Of a stretch of DNA of 64,000 nt, positions 62,820 to 64,000 are shown in pieces. The notes under the pieces were generated by a model, which saw nothing but the letters and a program-made list of their open reading frames with translations, made no database searches and was not told where the DNA came from. Source of the DNA: Candidatus Binatia bacterium (GTDB lineage: Bacteria > Desulfobacterota > Binatia > UBA9968 > JAJDTQ01); contig OY762897.2 of assembly GCA_963666515.2 (NCBI GenBank), positions 4,448,001 to 4,512,000 of the forward strand, read 5' to 3'. A program made the translations under genes and the position numbers. Numbering within the stretch: the stretch's first letter is position 1; every line of letters starts with the position of its first letter.

Positions 62820-63686
62820 TCACCGTATCGCGGTGATCAGCACCACCCCCAGCACGATGAGACCCGCGGCCGCCACCTTCCTCACGGTAATCACCTCCAC
62901 TTCGCGCAGGAACACCGCTGACAGCACCAGGCTGTAGAGCGGGCTCAGGCTCGCCAGCGGGGCGACGATGACGACGTCCGACAGGTGCAGGGACATGAAC
63001 ACGCTGGCGACACCCAGGGTCACCGCGCAGCCGGCGAGGAGGAAATAGCCCAGGGAGCGCCGGTCGAAGCGGACCATGGACCAGTTGCGCGAGACGGTCA
63101 GCGACACGGCGACGGCGACCAGGGAGGTGCCGGTGGTGGTGGCGGCCCCCAGGATCGGCAGGGTGATCTGCGCCAGGCCGATCTTGCGGATGACCTGGGT
63201 GGAGCCGGCCACGAAGGCGCTCAGGAGCGGCAGGGCGACCAGGATGTTCATCCACGCGCCGGTCTTTTCCTCGCGCAGGCTGAGCAGGGTGATGCCGAAG
63301 ACCACCAGCGCCGTTCCCGCGCCCACCGCCGGCGTGAGCTGCTCGCCCAGCACCGCGATGGCCATCAGCGACGAGAACAGCGGCGTCGTGGCCCGGAGCG
63401 GCGCCGTCACCGCCACCCCGACCTTCTCCACGCTCAGGTAGGCCAGGTAGCGGGTGCCGCCGGGCTGGATCAGGCCCACCAGCACGAAGATAAGAAGCTC
63501 CGGACGCAGGATCCGGTCCCACGGCAGCACCGCCAGGACGAAGCTCCAGAACGACACCACGTTGATGGCCAGGGAGATGACGATGGCGGTGACGGGGTTG
63601 CCGTGCGCCAGCCCCTTCTTGAGCAGGATCAGGTTGATGGCGGTGAAGAGCCCGCAGGCGAGGGCGAAGGCTTCGGCCGGGACCAC
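62820..63686 (-). CDS. DMT/EamA family transporter
   Basis: About 10 TM helices in two EamA repeats (TPLFS...LGE; SPLYS...FLRE). Confidence 0.88.
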   Translation of the reverse strand: MVPAEAFALACGLFTAINLILLKKGLAHGNPVTAIVISLAINVVSFWSFVLAVLPWDRILRPELLIFVLVGLIQPGGTRYLAYLSVEKVGVAVTAPLRATTPLFSSLMAIAVLGEQLTPAVGAGTALVVFGITLLSLREEKTGAWMNILVALPLLSAFVAGSTQVIRKIGLAQITLPILGAATTTGTSLVAVAVSLTVSRNWSMVRFDRRSLGYFLLAGCAVTLGVASVFMSLHLSDVVIVAPLASLSPLYSLVLSAVFLREVEVITVRKVAAAGLIVLGVVLITAIR

Positions 63687-63717
63687 GTGGAGGGAGGCGA
63701 TTCCGCGGGAAGGACGG

Positions 63718-64000
63718 TCAGAACCGGATGACTGCGGCGCCCCAGGCGAAGCCGGCGCCGAAGGCGTTCAGCAGCACGATGTCGCCGTCGGCGATGCGCC
63801 CCTCCCGCCGCACCTCGTCGAGGGCCACGGGGATGGACGCCGCGGACGTGTTGCCGTACTTGTGCACGGTGACGATGACTTTTTCCATGGGGATGCCGAG
63901 ACGCGCGGCCAGGGCGGTGATGATCCTGCGGTTGGCCTGGTGGGGCACCACGAGGGAGACGTCGTCCACGCACAGCTCGGCGTCGTCCAGGACCCGGCGG
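63718..64000 (-). CDS. fabH: 3-oxoacyl-ACP synthase III, C-terminal part (partial)
   Basis: [18 protein letters not shown] and AFGAGFAWG motifs. Confidence 0.92.
   Translation of the reverse strand, partial: RRVLDDAELCVDDVSLVVPHQANRRIITALAARLGIPMEKVIVTVHKYGNTSAASIPVALDEVRREGRIADGDIVLLNAFGAGFAWGAAVIRF

Overview
High-GC bacterial chromosome segment. Gene order and content suggest a deltaproteobacterial or Binatia-like lineage (inference only). Most of it is housekeeping backbone: glmU-glmS, rlmE, hisI-hisG, thiC, the thrS-infC-rpmI-rplT-pheS-pheT-ihfA-merR-tRNA-Pro-pcm-nlpD-apt block, guaB-guaA-dnaE-hflX, pyrE/pyrR, a partial fabH and three tRNAs. Accessory loci are a DUF1302/DUF1329/YCF48/RND operon, two divergent UbiD-family enzymes, a small decayed island at 16.4-20.4 kb (nested IS remnants, candidate structured RNA, nucleases, HigBA with a frameshifted toxin), a ParDE module, a PaaA-like diiron protein co-oriented with etfBA, and a 12-kb cluster with two DUF1989 proteins, two M20 hydrolases and an ABC importer carrying three tandem paralogous binding proteins. 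The best signals missed by the ORF track are: a probable selenoprotein (ArsC/Spx family, UxxC motif, SECIS-like hairpin) at 25187; a leaderless uORF plus terminator attenuator in front of guaB; a promoter-driven structured RNA candidate at about 17352-17490; and a complete sigma54/IHF/enhancer-like promoter driving a 75-aa protein. All calls come from reading motifs by eye; no searches were run.
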